64,000 nucleotides of DNA from an uncultured Gammaproteobacteria bacterium (GTDB lineage Bacteria; Patescibacteriota; Microgenomatia; UBA12405). Position numbers and translations under genes: made by a program. The DNA lies in contig CAZCYZ010000001.1 of the NCBI GenBank assembly GCA_964503465.1, positions 195,731-259,730 on the forward strand, read 5' to 3'. Position 1 is the stretch's first letter. Each line of letters opens with the position of its first letter. The notes beneath the pieces are model-generated. The model was not told where the DNA came from. It saw nothing but the letters and a program-made list of their open reading frames with translations, and ran no database searches. Below are positions 18,586 to 28,579 of the stretch, in pieces.

Positions 18586-19125
18586 ATGTCTCGGATCGGC
18601 AAACAAGTTATCAATATTCCCCAGGGTGTTACTGTGGCCGTCTCAGGGTCAACTATCAACGTCGCTGGCCCCAAAGGAGAGCTATCTCTACCTTTAGCTA
18701 CCAAGATCAAAGTTGAAGTTAAGGATAATCAAATTCTTGTTACTCGTTTAACAGATGATAAGCAAACACGTGCCAACCATGGTACTACCAGAGCCCACTT
18801 GGCCAATATGGTTCTTGGGGTTGTTAATCCCTGGAAAAAAGAAATGGAAATTCGCGGCACTGGTTACAAATTTGCCGTCAGCAATGACACTCTAACTATT
18901 ACTGCGGGTTATATCCACCCGGTCATTATCAAAGCTCCAAATGGTGTTCAGTTTGCTGTTTCCGAAGATACCAAACTAACTATCACCGGCTGCAACAAAG
19001 AGGTTGTTGGCCAAGTTGCTAGCAATATCCGAAAAGTTAGAAAACCCGAACCATACAAAGGTAAGGGTATTCGTTATCTTAATGAATTTATCAAACTAAA
19101 AGCCGGTAAAACGGCCAAAGCCTAA
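18586..19125 (+). CDS. rplF: 50S ribosomal protein L6
   Basis: MSRIGKQVINIPQGV. Confidence 0.95.
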   Translation: MSRIGKQVINIPQGVTVAVSGSTINVAGPKGELSLPLATKIKVEVKDNQILVTRLTDDKQTRANHGTTRAHLANMVLGVVNPWKKEMEIRGTGYKFAVSNDTLTITAGYIHPVIIKAPNGVQFAVSEDTKLTITGCNKEVVGQVASNIRKVRKPEPYKGKGIRYLNEFIKLKAGKTAKA

Positions 19126-19131
19126 ATTATT

Positions 19132-19482
19132 ATGACCACTCTTATCGTTACCAATCCAGCCCTCCGCCGCGCTCAACGTGTTCGAGCCAAACTTAAGACC
19201 AACATTACTCTTCCGCGGTTAAGTGTCTTCCGAAGCAATCAACATCTTTGGGTTCAAATTATTGATGATCGTAAGAGTATTACTTTGGTTAGCGCTTCAA
19301 CCAAGAACCTCAAAACCACCGGTACTAAAACTGAAAAAGCCTTAGCATTGGGTAAAGTTATTGCTAAAGCCGCTATTGACAAACATATTACTCAGGTTCG
19401 ATTTGACCGTGGAGCCTACAAATACCACGGCCGTGTTAAAGCTTTAGCTACTGGTGCCAGAGAAGCTGGTTTAAAATTTTAA
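19132..19482 (+). CDS. rplR: 50S ribosomal protein L18
   Basis: Conserved position; L18-like basic N-terminus. Confidence 0.9.
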   Translation: MTTLIVTNPALRRAQRVRAKLKTNITLPRLSVFRSNQHLWVQIIDDRKSITLVSASTKNLKTTGTKTEKALALGKVIAKAAIDKHITQVRFDRGAYKYHGRVKALATGAREAGLKF

Positions 19483-19491
19483 AACTGATCT

Positions 19492-19950
19492 ATGTATCAA
19501 CGTCAAGACAACACCCCCCCCAGTGAATTTTCTGAAAAAGTCATCCAAATCAAACGCGTCTCCAAAAAGACCAAAGGTGGCAATCAAATTTCCTTTACTG
19601 CTTTGGTTGTTTCGGGGGACAAAAAATCTCGGGTCGGTGTTAGTCTCGGACGCGCCAAAAACGTTGCTGATGCTATCAAAAAAGCTACTCAACGGGCTCG
19701 TAATAATCTCATTACTGTTCCAGTTGTTAACAACACCATTCCTTCCGAAGTTACTCTTAAGTTTAAAGGAGCCATTATTCTTATTCGTCCAGGCAAGCCG
19801 GGATCTGGGCTAATTGCTGGTGGACCCATTCGGGCTGTTGTCGAACTGGCCGGTGTCAAGGATATCGCCAGCAAAATCATCGGTTCCAAAAACAAATCTG
19901 TTAATGTTTGGGCTACTTATCAAGCTCTAAAGTTACTTGCTCAAAAGTAA
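19492..19950 (+). CDS. rpsE: 30S ribosomal protein S5
   Basis: IQIKRVSKKTKGG...GRAKNVADAIKKA. Confidence 0.95.
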   Translation: MYQRQDNTPPSEFSEKVIQIKRVSKKTKGGNQISFTALVVSGDKKSRVGVSLGRAKNVADAIKKATQRARNNLITVPVVNNTIPSEVTLKFKGAIILIRPGKPGSGLIAGGPIRAVVELAGVKDIASKIIGSKNKSVNVWATYQALKLLAQK

Positions 19951-19967
19951 TTATCATCTTAACACCT

Positions 19968-20390
19968 ATGGAAACTCTATCTAAGTTACCAAAAACAATC
20001 GCTAAGTCTCAAAAACGCCGTGGTCGCGGTATTGGTTCTGGTGTTGGTGGTCACACCACCGGTCGCGGGGCCAAAGGTGACAAGGTTCGTGGTAAAACCA
20101 AAATTACTTTTGATGGTACCAAAATTAAAAAAGGCTGGATCAAACGTCTACCTTTTCTTCGGGGTAAACATCGTAATCTCAAAAGAAATCTTTACCGAAT
20201 TTACAATCTTGGTCAAATTGATAAATTATTTTCCAAAAACCAAACTGTTAGTCCCGAAACTCTCAAATCAACCAATGTAAAAATTTTGGCCGGCGGTCAG
20301 CTTACCAAACCATTAACCTTTACTGGTCTTCATCTTTCAGCTTCTGCCCGAAAGCAAATTATTGCCCTTGGTGGTACTATCAGTCAATGA
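19968..20390 (+). CDS. rplO: 50S ribosomal protein L15
   Basis: Start at the ATG at 19968 (METLSKLPK...[10 protein letters not shown]); no L30 gene between S5 and L15. Confidence 0.9.
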   Translation: METLSKLPKTIAKSQKRRGRGIGSGVGGHTTGRGAKGDKVRGKTKITFDGTKIKKGWIKRLPFLRGKHRNLKRNLYRIYNLGQIDKLFSKNQTVSPETLKSTNVKILAGGQLTKPLTFTGLHLSASARKQIIALGGTISQ

Positions 20391-21667
20391 ATCGTCTAGT
20401 CAAGTCTCTTTCCCTGTATTTTCAAGGTTTCAAAACCCCACTTCTCCAGAAAAAAATTACCCTTACCATTGGAATTCTAGTTCTTTTTCGTCTTATTGCT
20501 CACATTCCCGTCCCCGGTGTTAATCTGGAACTGCTCAAAAGTTTTTTTGCCCAAAATCAACTCTTATCGCTTCTAGACATTTTTTCCGGTGGTACTTTGG
20601 CTAACTTCTCAATTGCCGCCCTCGGTTTAAACCCCTATATTAACGCTTCAGTCATGTTTCAACTTTTGTCACTAGTTATCCCCGAACTTGAAGAACTAAG
20701 CAAGGAAGGGGAATACGGTCGTGCCAAAATCAATCAATATACTCGCCTGGCCACCATTCCCTTATCTTTAGTCCAATCTATTGGCATGTATAGTATTCTC
20801 CGATCCCAAAACATTATTACCAACCTCTCCCCGCTAACCCTCGTTGCCATGATGACCAGTATGTTAGCTGGCACCTTTATCATGATTTTTTTGGGCGAAC
20901 TTATTAATCAGTATGGTGTCGGTAATGGCGTTTCCGTTATCATTTTTGCCGGTATCGTTGCCCGGTTACCCATTGGTTTTATCCAAACTCTATCGGTTTC
21001 CGATTTTTCTAATCCTCAAACCATGATTAACTTAATTGTTTTTGCCGCTCTAGCTTTTGGGTTAGTTTTAGGAATTGTTACTGTTGAGGAAGCTATTCTT
21101 CGAGTCCCGATTGGTTATGCCAAACGCGCTCAAACCACTTATCTTCCAATCAAAGTTGACACTGCCGGAGTCATGCCAATTATTTTTGCCGTTTCTCTGG
21201 CCACTGCTCCCTCTTTTGTTGGTCAGTTTTTGTCCCGTCTTCCTCAAGCCGCTATTGCCCAACTAGGTCTCAATTTATCTCGTTGGTTTCGGGCCGATAG
21301 TTATGCCTATATTCTCTTCTATTTTGTTTTAGTTATTGGCTTTACTTTTTTCTATACCTCCGTAGTTTTCAAGCCCAAGGACATTGCCGACGAACTTCGC
21401 AAATCAGGTGGTTTTATTCCTGGTATCCGTCCTGGCATTTCCACCGAAAAGCGTCTTCAATATTTAATTACCCGGGTCATCGCTATTGGGTCAGTCTTTT
21501 TGGGCCTAATTGCCGTCACCCCCTCTATTGTTCAAAAAATAACTGGTATTACCACCCTTACTATCGGTGGAACCTCGGTTTTAATCGTTGTTTCTGTCAT
21601 TATCGAACTAACTCGTAAAATTGAAAACGTTGTTCAAACTTATAATTACGACAAACTGACTTATTAA
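20387..21667 (+). CDS. secY: Preprotein translocase subunit SecY
   Basis: 426 aa polytopic membrane protein in the canonical position after rplO. Confidence 0.95.
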   Translation: MNRLVKSLSLYFQGFKTPLLQKKITLTIGILVLFRLIAHIPVPGVNLELLKSFFAQNQLLSLLDIFSGGTLANFSIAALGLNPYINASVMFQLLSLVIPELEELSKEGEYGRAKINQYTRLATIPLSLVQSIGMYSILRSQNIITNLSPLTLVAMMTSMLAGTFIMIFLGELINQYGVGNGVSVIIFAGIVARLPIGFIQTLSVSDFSNPQTMINLIVFAALAFGLVLGIVTVEEAILRVPIGYAKRAQTTYLPIKVDTAGVMPIIFAVSLATAPSFVGQFLSRLPQAAIAQLGLNLSRWFRADSYAYILFYFVLVIGFTFFYTSVVFKPKDIADELRKSGGFIPGIRPGISTEKRLQYLITRVIAIGSVFLGLIAVTPSIVQKITGITTLTIGGTSVLIVVSVIIELTRKIENVVQTYNYDKLTY

Positions 21668-22131
21668 TGAATCGTACCGTTACAGCTTTAGATGTGTTTC
21701 AAAACACCCATACTGTCACCACTGATCAACTCAAGTGGAGAGTTAGCGTTTACGGTGTTTTGTTGAAAGGTAATTCCATTATGTTTCAAAAAAATCCACA
21801 TTTTGATAAGTTGAGCTTACCAGGAGGGATGGTTGAATTCGGTGAAAATTTAGAAGAAGCACTTTGTCGGGAATTTTCAGAAGAAACTGGTTACAAGATT
21901 AAACCAACGAAATTTCTTCAGGCAAATCAACGCTATTTTGCCTCTAATGGGTCTTTCTTCCAAAATATTTGTCTCTATTACCTGGTTGAGCAACAGTCGG
22001 ACATTGTGGAGGCTATCAATAGCCCTGACAATGACAGTGTTCAAGCCATTTTTATCGATCTGAGATCAATCAGTTTGGATAATATTCAGCCCATGTTTCA
22101 GGATATTATTAAGACACACCTATGCCACTAA
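21667..22131 (+). CDS. NUDIX hydrolase
   Basis: Nudix box GGMVEFGENLEEALCREFSEETG (GX5EX7REUXEEXGU). Confidence 0.8.
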   Translation: MNRTVTALDVFQNTHTVTTDQLKWRVSVYGVLLKGNSIMFQKNPHFDKLSLPGGMVEFGENLEEALCREFSEETGYKIKPTKFLQANQRYFASNGSFFQNICLYYLVEQQSDIVEAINSPDNDSVQAIFIDLRSISLDNIQPMFQDIIKTHLCH

Positions 22132-22703
22132 GCTTATTTATCATCGGTCCCAGCGGTTGTGGTAAAAGTACTCAAGCTAAGTTGATTGCCGACAAGTACC
22201 ACTTGACTCATATCTCCATGGGTCAACTTTTTCGCGACGAAATTGCCGCCAATTCTGGTTTTGGTCTCGAGGCCAAGCCATACCTTGACCAAGGAATCTG
22301 GGTTCCTGATGACTTAACTTTTGATATTCTGGTTAACAAGCTAAATTCAATTGACACTCAAAATTTTATTATCGATGGTTTCCCCCGGGTGCTAAACCAA
22401 GGCAAAATTATGGAATATTTTCTTCGAAAGAAAAATCTTCCTTTCTCTCTTCTAATTCACCTTGACTTGTCCTTTGAGGATATTATGGCTCGTCGGCTAA
22501 AGTCTGGCGAGGAGTTTCAAGACCAAAGCAGAACCGATAATACCCCTGAGGCCATTGCTACTCGTCAAAAATCATATCTCGAAACCATTACTCCAATCCG
22601 GGAATATTTCGAATCCAAGGGTAAGTTTTTTAATGTTGACGGCAACCGTCCCGTCGAACCAATTTTTGAGGATATATGTTTGCAAATTAACAACCTTATA
22701 TGA
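22122..22703 (+). CDS. adk: Adenylate kinase
   Basis: IIGPSGCGKSTQAKLIA P-loop; position after secY. Confidence 0.9.
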   Translation: MPLSLFIIGPSGCGKSTQAKLIADKYHLTHISMGQLFRDEIAANSGFGLEAKPYLDQGIWVPDDLTFDILVNKLNSIDTQNFIIDGFPRVLNQGKIMEYFLRKKNLPFSLLIHLDLSFEDIMARRLKSGEEFQDQSRTDNTPEAIATRQKSYLETITPIREYFESKGKFFNVDGNRPVEPIFEDICLQINNLI

Positions 22704-23092
22704 TTTCTATTCCAGACCACATCAAAAAACTTATTGAAACTGTTCCTGTCTCATTCGCTTCAAGTACCAAAACTGGACAACCCAACAACATTGTCGTTTC
22801 TGACATCAAAGTTATTTCTCCAAATCAAATCATTATTGCCGATAATTTCTTTAACAAAACTAGACAGAATATTGATGTCAATCACTATGTGGCCTTAATT
22901 GCACATTCCATCGATTATCACCAGGCATATCAACTCAAGGGCACCTCAGAAGTGTTTACTGATCAGGATCATCGAGCACAATTGATTCAGCTGTTTGGAG
23001 ATGACCCCCGCTGGTCAAAAAAAGCCACTGTTATCATCACCGTTACTGAAATTTGGGATCTAGCCAATCCGGGACTAATTACCAAAGAATAA
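22700..23092 (+). CDS. Pyridoxamine 5'-phosphate oxidase-like (FMN-binding split-barrel) family protein
   Basis: 130 aa; overall PNPOx-like pattern; occupies the slot usually held by map. Confidence 0.4.
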   Translation: MISIPDHIKKLIETVPVSFASSTKTGQPNNIVVSDIKVISPNQIIIADNFFNKTRQNIDVNHYVALIAHSIDYHQAYQLKGTSEVFTDQDHRAQLIQLFGDDPRWSKKATVIITVTEIWDLANPGLITKE

Positions 23093-23127
23093 TAGTTTCA
23101 AATATGACTAGCAATTACAAATTAAAA

Positions 23128-23182
23128 TCCTCCCTTTCCTCAAGGGGAGGTGTCCCGACAAACGTCGGGACGGAGGGGTTTT
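23128..23182. repeat. G-rich hairpin element, copy 2 (double hairpin CCTCCC..GGGGAGG and TCCCGAC..GTCGGGA, then GGAGGGGTTTT)
   Basis: Same CAAGGGGAGG arm and GGGGTTTT tail as the other copies; lies between the PNPOx-like gene and infA. Confidence 0.55.
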
Positions 23183-23187
23183 AATCA

Positions 23188-23391
23188 ATGAAAGATCCAA
23201 CTGTTCGTGGTACGGTTACTGAAGTCCTCCCCAACCAGCTCTTTCGGGTTCAGCTCGAAGATGGCAAGATAATAATTGCCCATTTAGCTGGCAAACTTCG
23301 TCTCAACCACATCCGTTGCCTTGCTGGTGACGCCGTCACCCTCGTTCTAAGTCCAGAAGGGGACAAGGGTCGGATAGTTTACCGGGGGTAA
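23188..23391 (+). CDS. infA: Translation initiation factor IF-1
   Basis: S1-like OB fold, 67 aa, GKLRLNHIR. Confidence 0.9.
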   Translation: MKDPTVRGTVTEVLPNQLFRVQLEDGKIIIAHLAGKLRLNHIRCLAGDAVTLVLSPEGDKGRIVYRG

Positions 23392-23450
23392 AACCACAAT
23401 TTAGTCTTTGATATCCGCCTATTTTTAGGTTACAATACCAAAAGTCTTTT

Positions 23451-23567
23451 ATGAAGGTCAAATCAAGCGTAAAATTACGCTGTAAAAAATGCAAAATTGT
23501 TATCCGTCGAGGAGTTCGACGGGTCGTTTGTTCTATTAAGAAACATACCCAAAAACAGGGTTAATAT
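23451..23567 (+). CDS. rpmJ: 50S ribosomal protein L36 (38 aa; not in the supplied ORF track)
   Basis: Manual translation [37 protein letters not shown]; C-x2-C...C-x4-H zinc ribbon; preceded by a TTGATA-17-TACAAT promoter-like sequence at 23407-23435. Confidence 0.85.
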
Positions 23568-23573
23568 AAATAT

Positions 23574-23993
23574 ATGAGAATCTCTGGAAACGATATCCCC
23601 GACAACGAGCGCGCCGAAGTTGGCCTAACCCGTTTTTATGGCATCGGCCCAACCAATGTCGTCAAACTTCTCAAGGACGCCTCCATCAGCCCCGACACTC
23701 GTATCAAAGACCTATCCCGAGACGACATTAACAATCTCATGAAAGCTTTGGAAGGCTTCAAGGTTGAGGGTGATCTTAAAAAAGAAATTCGAGAAAACAT
23801 TGAACGTCTTAAGGCCATCAAAAGTTATCGTGGTATTCGTCATATCGTCGGTCTTCCCGCTCGCGGACAGCGAACCCGATCAAATTCTCGTACCCGTAAA
23901 GGTCGAAAGAAGACAGTTGGTTCGCTTACCAAAGAAGCCTGGGCCAAAATTGAGGCTCAACAAAAAGCCGCCTCCATTGCTAAATCCAAATAA
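23574..23993 (+). CDS. rpsM: 30S ribosomal protein S13
   Basis: RISGNDIP...GIGPTNV. Confidence 0.95.
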   Translation: MRISGNDIPDNERAEVGLTRFYGIGPTNVVKLLKDASISPDTRIKDLSRDDINNLMKALEGFKVEGDLKKEIRENIERLKAIKSYRGIRHIVGLPARGQRTRSNSRTRKGRKKTVGSLTKEAWAKIEAQQKAASIAKSK

Positions 23994-23995
23994 TT

Positions 23996-24397
23996 ATGAC
24001 TCCAAAAAAATCATCTTCTTCAAGTACCGCCAAGAAAGTCTTTAAAAACATTGCCGAGGGTCGGCTCTGTGTCAAATCCACTTTCAACAACACTCTTATT
24101 TCTGTCACCGACATTAAAGGCAACGTCCTCTCCTGGTCAAGTTCCGGTCATGCTGGTTTCAAGGGTGCTCGCAAATCAACTCCCTATGCTGCCACCACCG
24201 CCCTCGAAAAATGTTTGGATATTGCCAGAAAACACGGCATCAAAAAATTAAACGTTTATTTCAAAGGTCCTGGCGTCGGTCGTGACGCCACTCTTCGTTT
24301 TTTGCGAACCAAAAAAGACTTTGATGTTGATCAAATTGCCGATATTACTCCTATTCCACACAATGGACCTCGTCCTCCCAAGGCCAGGAGAGTATAA
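23996..24397 (+). CDS. rpsK: 30S ribosomal protein S11
   Basis: CVKSTFNNTLISVTDIKGNVLSWSSSG. Confidence 0.95.
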   Translation: MTPKKSSSSSTAKKVFKNIAEGRLCVKSTFNNTLISVTDIKGNVLSWSSSGHAGFKGARKSTPYAATTALEKCLDIARKHGIKKLNVYFKGPGVGRDATLRFLRTKKDFDVDQIADITPIPHNGPRPPKARRV

Positions 24398-24412
24398 TAT
24401 AACTTTCAATTT

Positions 24413-24441
24413 TATATTTTATTTAGAAATTAAAAATTAAA
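24413..24441. repeat. AT-rich repeat motif, copy immediately upstream of rpsD
   Basis: atattttatttagaaattaaaaattaaa; its 16-mer ttagaaattaaaaatt also occurs at 38591. Confidence 0.55.
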
Positions 24442-24445
24442 CCAA

Positions 24446-25084
24446 GTGTCCCGAATAACCGTCAACACCAAATGTCGTTTGTGTAAAGCCGCAGGTAAAA
24501 AGCTCTATCTAAAGGGGGCCCGCTGTTTGTCATCCAAATGTCCTATCGACAAAAAAGGTGCTGTACCTCCAGGGATGCATGGTATTAAGGGTCACCACCG
24601 TAAATCCACTGACTATAGTTTCCAGCTCAAGGCCAAGCAGGAGGCCAAGCGTCTTTATGGCATCAACGAAACCCAATTCAAGAATCTTTATCTTAAAGCC
24701 AAGAAACTTAAGGGACTTACCGGTGATAATTTCTTAAGCCTTCTTGAAAGCCGTCTTGATAACGTTGTTTACCAGTCCGGGTTAGCCCTGTCCCGATCCC
24801 ACGCCCGCCAACTTATTTCTCACCGTCACTTTCGTGTCAACGACAAAGTACTTAACATTTCCTCTTACCTTCTTAAGCCTGGTGACAAAGTTACTCTCGA
24901 CCAAAACACTTTTGACCAATTGGGCGACAGTCTCCGTTTCCAGGACAAGGACTTCAAGGTGGGCAACTGGCTCGAACTCGACAAGTCTCACCACGGAGTT
25001 ATTTTCCGTTCTCGTCCCTCTCGTGCCGACGAGATCGGTCAAGGTTTAGATATCAATTTAATTATTGAGTACTATAGTAGATAG
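24446..25084 (+). CDS. rpsD: 30S ribosomal protein S4 (GTG start)
   Basis: CRLCKAAG...S4 domain; GTG start. Confidence 0.9.
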   Translation: MSRITVNTKCRLCKAAGKKLYLKGARCLSSKCPIDKKGAVPPGMHGIKGHHRKSTDYSFQLKAKQEAKRLYGINETQFKNLYLKAKKLKGLTGDNFLSLLESRLDNVVYQSGLALSRSHARQLISHRHFRVNDKVLNISSYLLKPGDKVTLDQNTFDQLGDSLRFQDKDFKVGNWLELDKSHHGVIFRSRPSRADEIGQGLDINLIIEYYSR

Positions 25085-25093
25085 GAGCAAAAT

Positions 25094-26011
25094 ATGATTG
25101 ACACAGCAAAATTTCATGTCAAATCCATTAAAACCACCCCAACTTATGGGAAGTTTGAACTTACACCATTAATTGGTGGTTTTGGTCATACTATTGGTAA
25201 CAGTCTTCGTCGGGTCCTCTTTATCACCATTCCCGGCGCTGCTATCACTCGGATCAAAATTGACGGAGCTAATCACTTATTTACTTCACTTCCAGGAGTC
25301 AAAGAAGATCTTGTTGAGGTCTCTCTTAATCTCAAAAAAATCAAGTTCCGATACCACCAAGATGAACCAATTGTTCTCCATCTCAACAAGAAGGGTCCCG
25401 GAGTTGTTACTGCTGCCGATATTGCCGATACCGAAAGTTGTAAGGTTGTTAACCCCACCCAACCAATCGCCACTCTCTCCGATGCCAAGTCAAGTCTTAA
25501 AATTGATCTTACTGTCGAAAGTGGAGTCGGTTATACTTTGGCCAAAGAACAAAAAAGTGATATTGTCGGAGAAATAATTCTTGACGCCGCTTTTACTCCG
25601 GTTACTAAGGTCAATTTTTCTGTCCAGCCTACCCGCTTAGGGAAAAAATCAAACTATGATCAGGTTACCCTAGAAGTTTGGACCGACGGTTCCATTCTCC
25701 CCCTCGATGCCATTAAACAAGCCACCAAAGACCTTATCAAATCTTTATCTCAAATTGTTGACCCGAAGGAATTCGAAGAAGAAGTTGTTACTCTCGCTTC
25801 AAATCCTTTAAGTCAGGGAGCCGATATCTCAGTTGAGGAAATCGAACTTCCCCTGCGGGTCACCAACGCTCTCAAAAAAGCTGGTTTTGCCACCATTGAT
25901 TCTCTTACCAAAGCCGGTCGTTCTGAGGTGAGTAAAGCCAAAAATGTTGGTGAAAAATCCTTAAAAATTATCGATAACTGGTTGCAAGAAAAAGGATTTT
26001 CTTGGAAATAA
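25094..26011 (+). CDS. rpoA: DNA-directed RNA polymerase alpha subunit
   Basis: 305 aa; N-terminal dimerisation and C-terminal domain; position after rpsD. Confidence 0.9.
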   Translation: MIDTAKFHVKSIKTTPTYGKFELTPLIGGFGHTIGNSLRRVLFITIPGAAITRIKIDGANHLFTSLPGVKEDLVEVSLNLKKIKFRYHQDEPIVLHLNKKGPGVVTAADIADTESCKVVNPTQPIATLSDAKSSLKIDLTVESGVGYTLAKEQKSDIVGEIILDAAFTPVTKVNFSVQPTRLGKKSNYDQVTLEVWTDGSILPLDAIKQATKDLIKSLSQIVDPKEFEEEVVTLASNPLSQGADISVEEIELPLRVTNALKKAGFATIDSLTKAGRSEVSKAKNVGEKSLKIIDNWLQEKGFSWK

Positions 26012-26021
26012 GCTTCCAAAT

Positions 26022-26465
26022 ATGAGGCATCGAATCTCTGGTAAAAAATTAGGACGGGATCACAATCAACGGCAAGCATTGCTACGCTCCCTGGTCAGGG
26101 CCATGTTTGTTCATGGACACCTCACTACTACCCATGCCAAGGCAAAATTTGTTAACTCCCTAATTGAGAAGCTTTGTACCCTTAGCAAACAAGACGATCT
26201 AACTGCCAGTCGTGGCTTTTTTCGTTATTTTCAAGATCGCCACCTCAGCCTTACTATCGTCAAAGCTCTTCGTCAAAGTTTCGCCGCTCAATCATCCAAC
26301 TTTACCAAGCTAACCAAGATCTTTCGTCGCCTTGGTGATCAGGCCGTTGTGGTTAGATTATCATTCACTCAACCGTATAAACTGCAACTACCAGTCAAAG
26401 ACAAAGATCAAAAGAATCAGGATCAAAAAGTCACCAAAGTTACCAAGAAAAAAGAAACCAAATGA
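26022..26465 (+). CDS. rplQ: 50S ribosomal protein L17 (with Lys-rich C-terminal extension)
   Basis: MRHRISGKKLGRDHNQRQALLRSL. Confidence 0.9.
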   Translation: MRHRISGKKLGRDHNQRQALLRSLVRAMFVHGHLTTTHAKAKFVNSLIEKLCTLSKQDDLTASRGFFRYFQDRHLSLTIVKALRQSFAAQSSNFTKLTKIFRRLGDQAVVVRLSFTQPYKLQLPVKDKDQKNQDQKVTKVTKKKETK

Positions 26466-26893
26466 TAAACTCTCACACTACCGTTATTCAAGGCAACCAA
26501 CCCCAACGTAACTGGCATCTTGTTGATCTTGATGGCCAAACTCTTGGTCGTGTTGCCACTATTATTAGTGCTTTTTTGATCGGCAAAAACAAAACTGCAT
26601 ATTCGTATCACCGTGACGATGGTGACTATGTCGTTGCCATTAATGCTGCCAAGATTAAAGTTACCGGTAAAAAACTCACCCAAAAACTTTATCAAAGTTA
26701 TTCTGGTCACCCCGGTGGTCTCAAGGAAATCAAACTTTCCCAATTGCTTCACCAAGACCCAAGGCTTGTCATTGTTCATGCTGTCAAAGGCATGCTTCCC
26801 AAAAACAAACTTCGAGATCCCCGAATGGCCCGTCTCAAAGTTTTTGTTGATGCCAATCATACTTTCGCCGACAAGTTAACAGCCAAAAAATAA
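26462..26893 (+). CDS. rplM: 50S ribosomal protein L13
   Basis: WHLVDLDGQTLGRVAT. Confidence 0.9.
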   Translation: MINSHTTVIQGNQPQRNWHLVDLDGQTLGRVATIISAFLIGKNKTAYSYHRDDGDYVVAINAAKIKVTGKKLTQKLYQSYSGHPGGLKEIKLSQLLHQDPRLVIVHAVKGMLPKNKLRDPRMARLKVFVDANHTFADKLTAKK

Positions 26894-26895
26894 AT

Positions 26896-27309
26896 ATGCC
26901 TAAAACCACCAAAAGCCAAAAATATACTGCCGCCATCGGTCGACGTCGATCAGCTATTGCCAATGTAAAAATCTTTTCCGGTAAAGGAGACAGTTTGGTT
27001 AACACCAAAACTGTCGATCGTTACTTCCCTGGCATTGTTAGCCAAATAACCTATCAAAAACCATTTAAAATCACCGATACTGAAGGTAAGTATTACTTTA
27101 TGGCCAAAATAGTTGGTGGTGGTATCAAAAGTCAAGCCCAGGCTCTGTCGTTGGCCATTTCTCGATCTCTGGTCAAAGTTAATCCAGAAACTTACAAACC
27201 TCTTCTCCGGACTGCCGGACTACTAACCGTTGATTCCCGTGTTCGTCAGCGTCGTCATGTCGGTACTGGTGGCAAATCTCGTCGTCAGAAACAAAGTCCA
27301 AAGCGCTAA
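26896..27309 (+). CDS. rpsI: 30S ribosomal protein S9
   Basis: C-terminal GGKSRRQKQSPKR; conserved position. Confidence 0.9.
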   Translation: MPKTTKSQKYTAAIGRRRSAIANVKIFSGKGDSLVNTKTVDRYFPGIVSQITYQKPFKITDTEGKYYFMAKIVGGGIKSQAQALSLAISRSLVKVNPETYKPLLRTAGLLTVDSRVRQRRHVGTGGKSRRQKQSPKR

Positions 27310-27318
27310 AATAAACAC

Positions 27319-28053
27319 ATGACTTTCTTCCCCAGCCTAACTCTGGCGGTTGTCCAAGGGATTACCGAATTTCTTCCCATTTCTTCCGATGGACACTTGA
27401 ATCTTGTTCAATTTCTTTTCCATCTCTCTCCCTCGCTTTCGTTTGACATTTTTCTCCACGCCGCCACCTTTTTGTCTGTTATTTTCTTCTTTCGTCACTC
27501 CGTCCTACTCTTTTTACAAAACCTGAGATATGTTTTTGTTGGGACTATTCCTATTATCATCATTGGTGTTTTTTTAAAAGATTCTATCGAACAATTTGCT
27601 ACTCACTCAGAGTTCTTGCCCATTTTCTTTTTAATTACTTCTGTCTTCGTTCTTTCTACCAAATTTCTACCACGTCGTGACCAATCCCTTAGTTACTTTA
27701 AGGCTGTGATTATTGGTATTTTCCAGGCCGCTGCCATCCTTCCTGGCGTTTCTCGTTCAGCCCTAACCATTTTTTCTGGCTTGGCCCTTGGTTTATCACC
27801 TCTTACGGCCTTCTCGTTTTCTTTTTCTCTCTTTATTCCTGCCTCACTTGGAGCCATCATCCTCGATCTTGGAAGTTCATCTTGGCAAAATTTTCTTAGC
27901 CCCAACTATCTTGTCAGTTTCCTTGTTACTGTTATTATTGGCTATCTTTCCCTCACGGCTCTCAAAAAAATACTTTTGTCTAATTTTTTTTGGCTTTTTG
28001 GAATCTATACCTTTTTCTTAGGCCTACTCCTATGGCTGTTAAAAATAGGATAA
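27319..28053 (+). CDS. uppP: Undecaprenyl-diphosphatase
   Basis: AVVQGITEFLPISSDGHL... BacA/UppP signature; 8 TM helices. Confidence 0.85.
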   Translation: MTFFPSLTLAVVQGITEFLPISSDGHLNLVQFLFHLSPSLSFDIFLHAATFLSVIFFFRHSVLLFLQNLRYVFVGTIPIIIIGVFLKDSIEQFATHSEFLPIFFLITSVFVLSTKFLPRRDQSLSYFKAVIIGIFQAAAILPGVSRSALTIFSGLALGLSPLTAFSFSFSLFIPASLGAIILDLGSSSWQNFLSPNYLVSFLVTVIIGYLSLTALKKILLSNFFWLFGIYTFFLGLLLWLLKIG

Positions 28054-28579
28054 TTTCAAGATAAAACAATCTTGGTAGTGTAAATAGGTAAATCTTAAGC
28101 ACTCCAGCTGTTGTCATCCCCTCACTAATTCTTTTGTTAATAATCCACTCCAGTTCTGTAGCGTATCTGGTATCAAACGGATACCACCAAAAGATTTGTG
28201 GTCTCATCTTGCCTTCTAGTCCGACAAGCGACAACCAGTAACTTAAGTCGTCCAACATTAAGTGGCTTAACATCACCCCAGCCGATAACACCAACGTCCT
28301 TCTTGGCACCCGATGCCTCAATAGTACCCACATCAAAAGCCAAATTATTGCCCCGCCCATTAAGGTGTGAATTGGAAAATAGTGATGTGTTCCTGCCGGA
28401 AAACCAAATAACTCCGGCAAAAACAAATCAAAGTCAAGGATAATAGACGACAAAAAAACAATCCCCAACTCTTGCTTCGTCAATTCTTTTTTGGATGTTT
28501 GGGCAATCAAATACCCAGCCGATAAGTGTCCCAACGGCAGCATACTATTTTTCTCCCAGCAATCTACTAATGTTGGCAA
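27980..28579 (-). CDS. Membrane protein, possibly membrane-bound metal-dependent hydrolase (YdjM/DUF457-like)
   Basis: Multi-TM ORF with His-rich motifs; its 3' end overlaps the uppP 3' end by 74 nt on the opposite strand; start may be the internal ATG (MLPLGHLSAGY). Confidence 0.4.
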   Translation of the reverse strand: MPTLVDCWEKNSMLPLGHLSAGYLIAQTSKKELTKQELGIVFLSSIILDFDLFLPELFGFPAGTHHYFPIHTLMGGAIIWLLMWVLLRHRVPRRTLVLSAGVMLSHLMLDDLSYWLSLVGLEGKMRPQIFWWYPFDTRYATELEWIINKRISEGMTTAGVLKIYLFTLPRLFYLEIILFLTAIGVGLRKRYRFQKAKKN

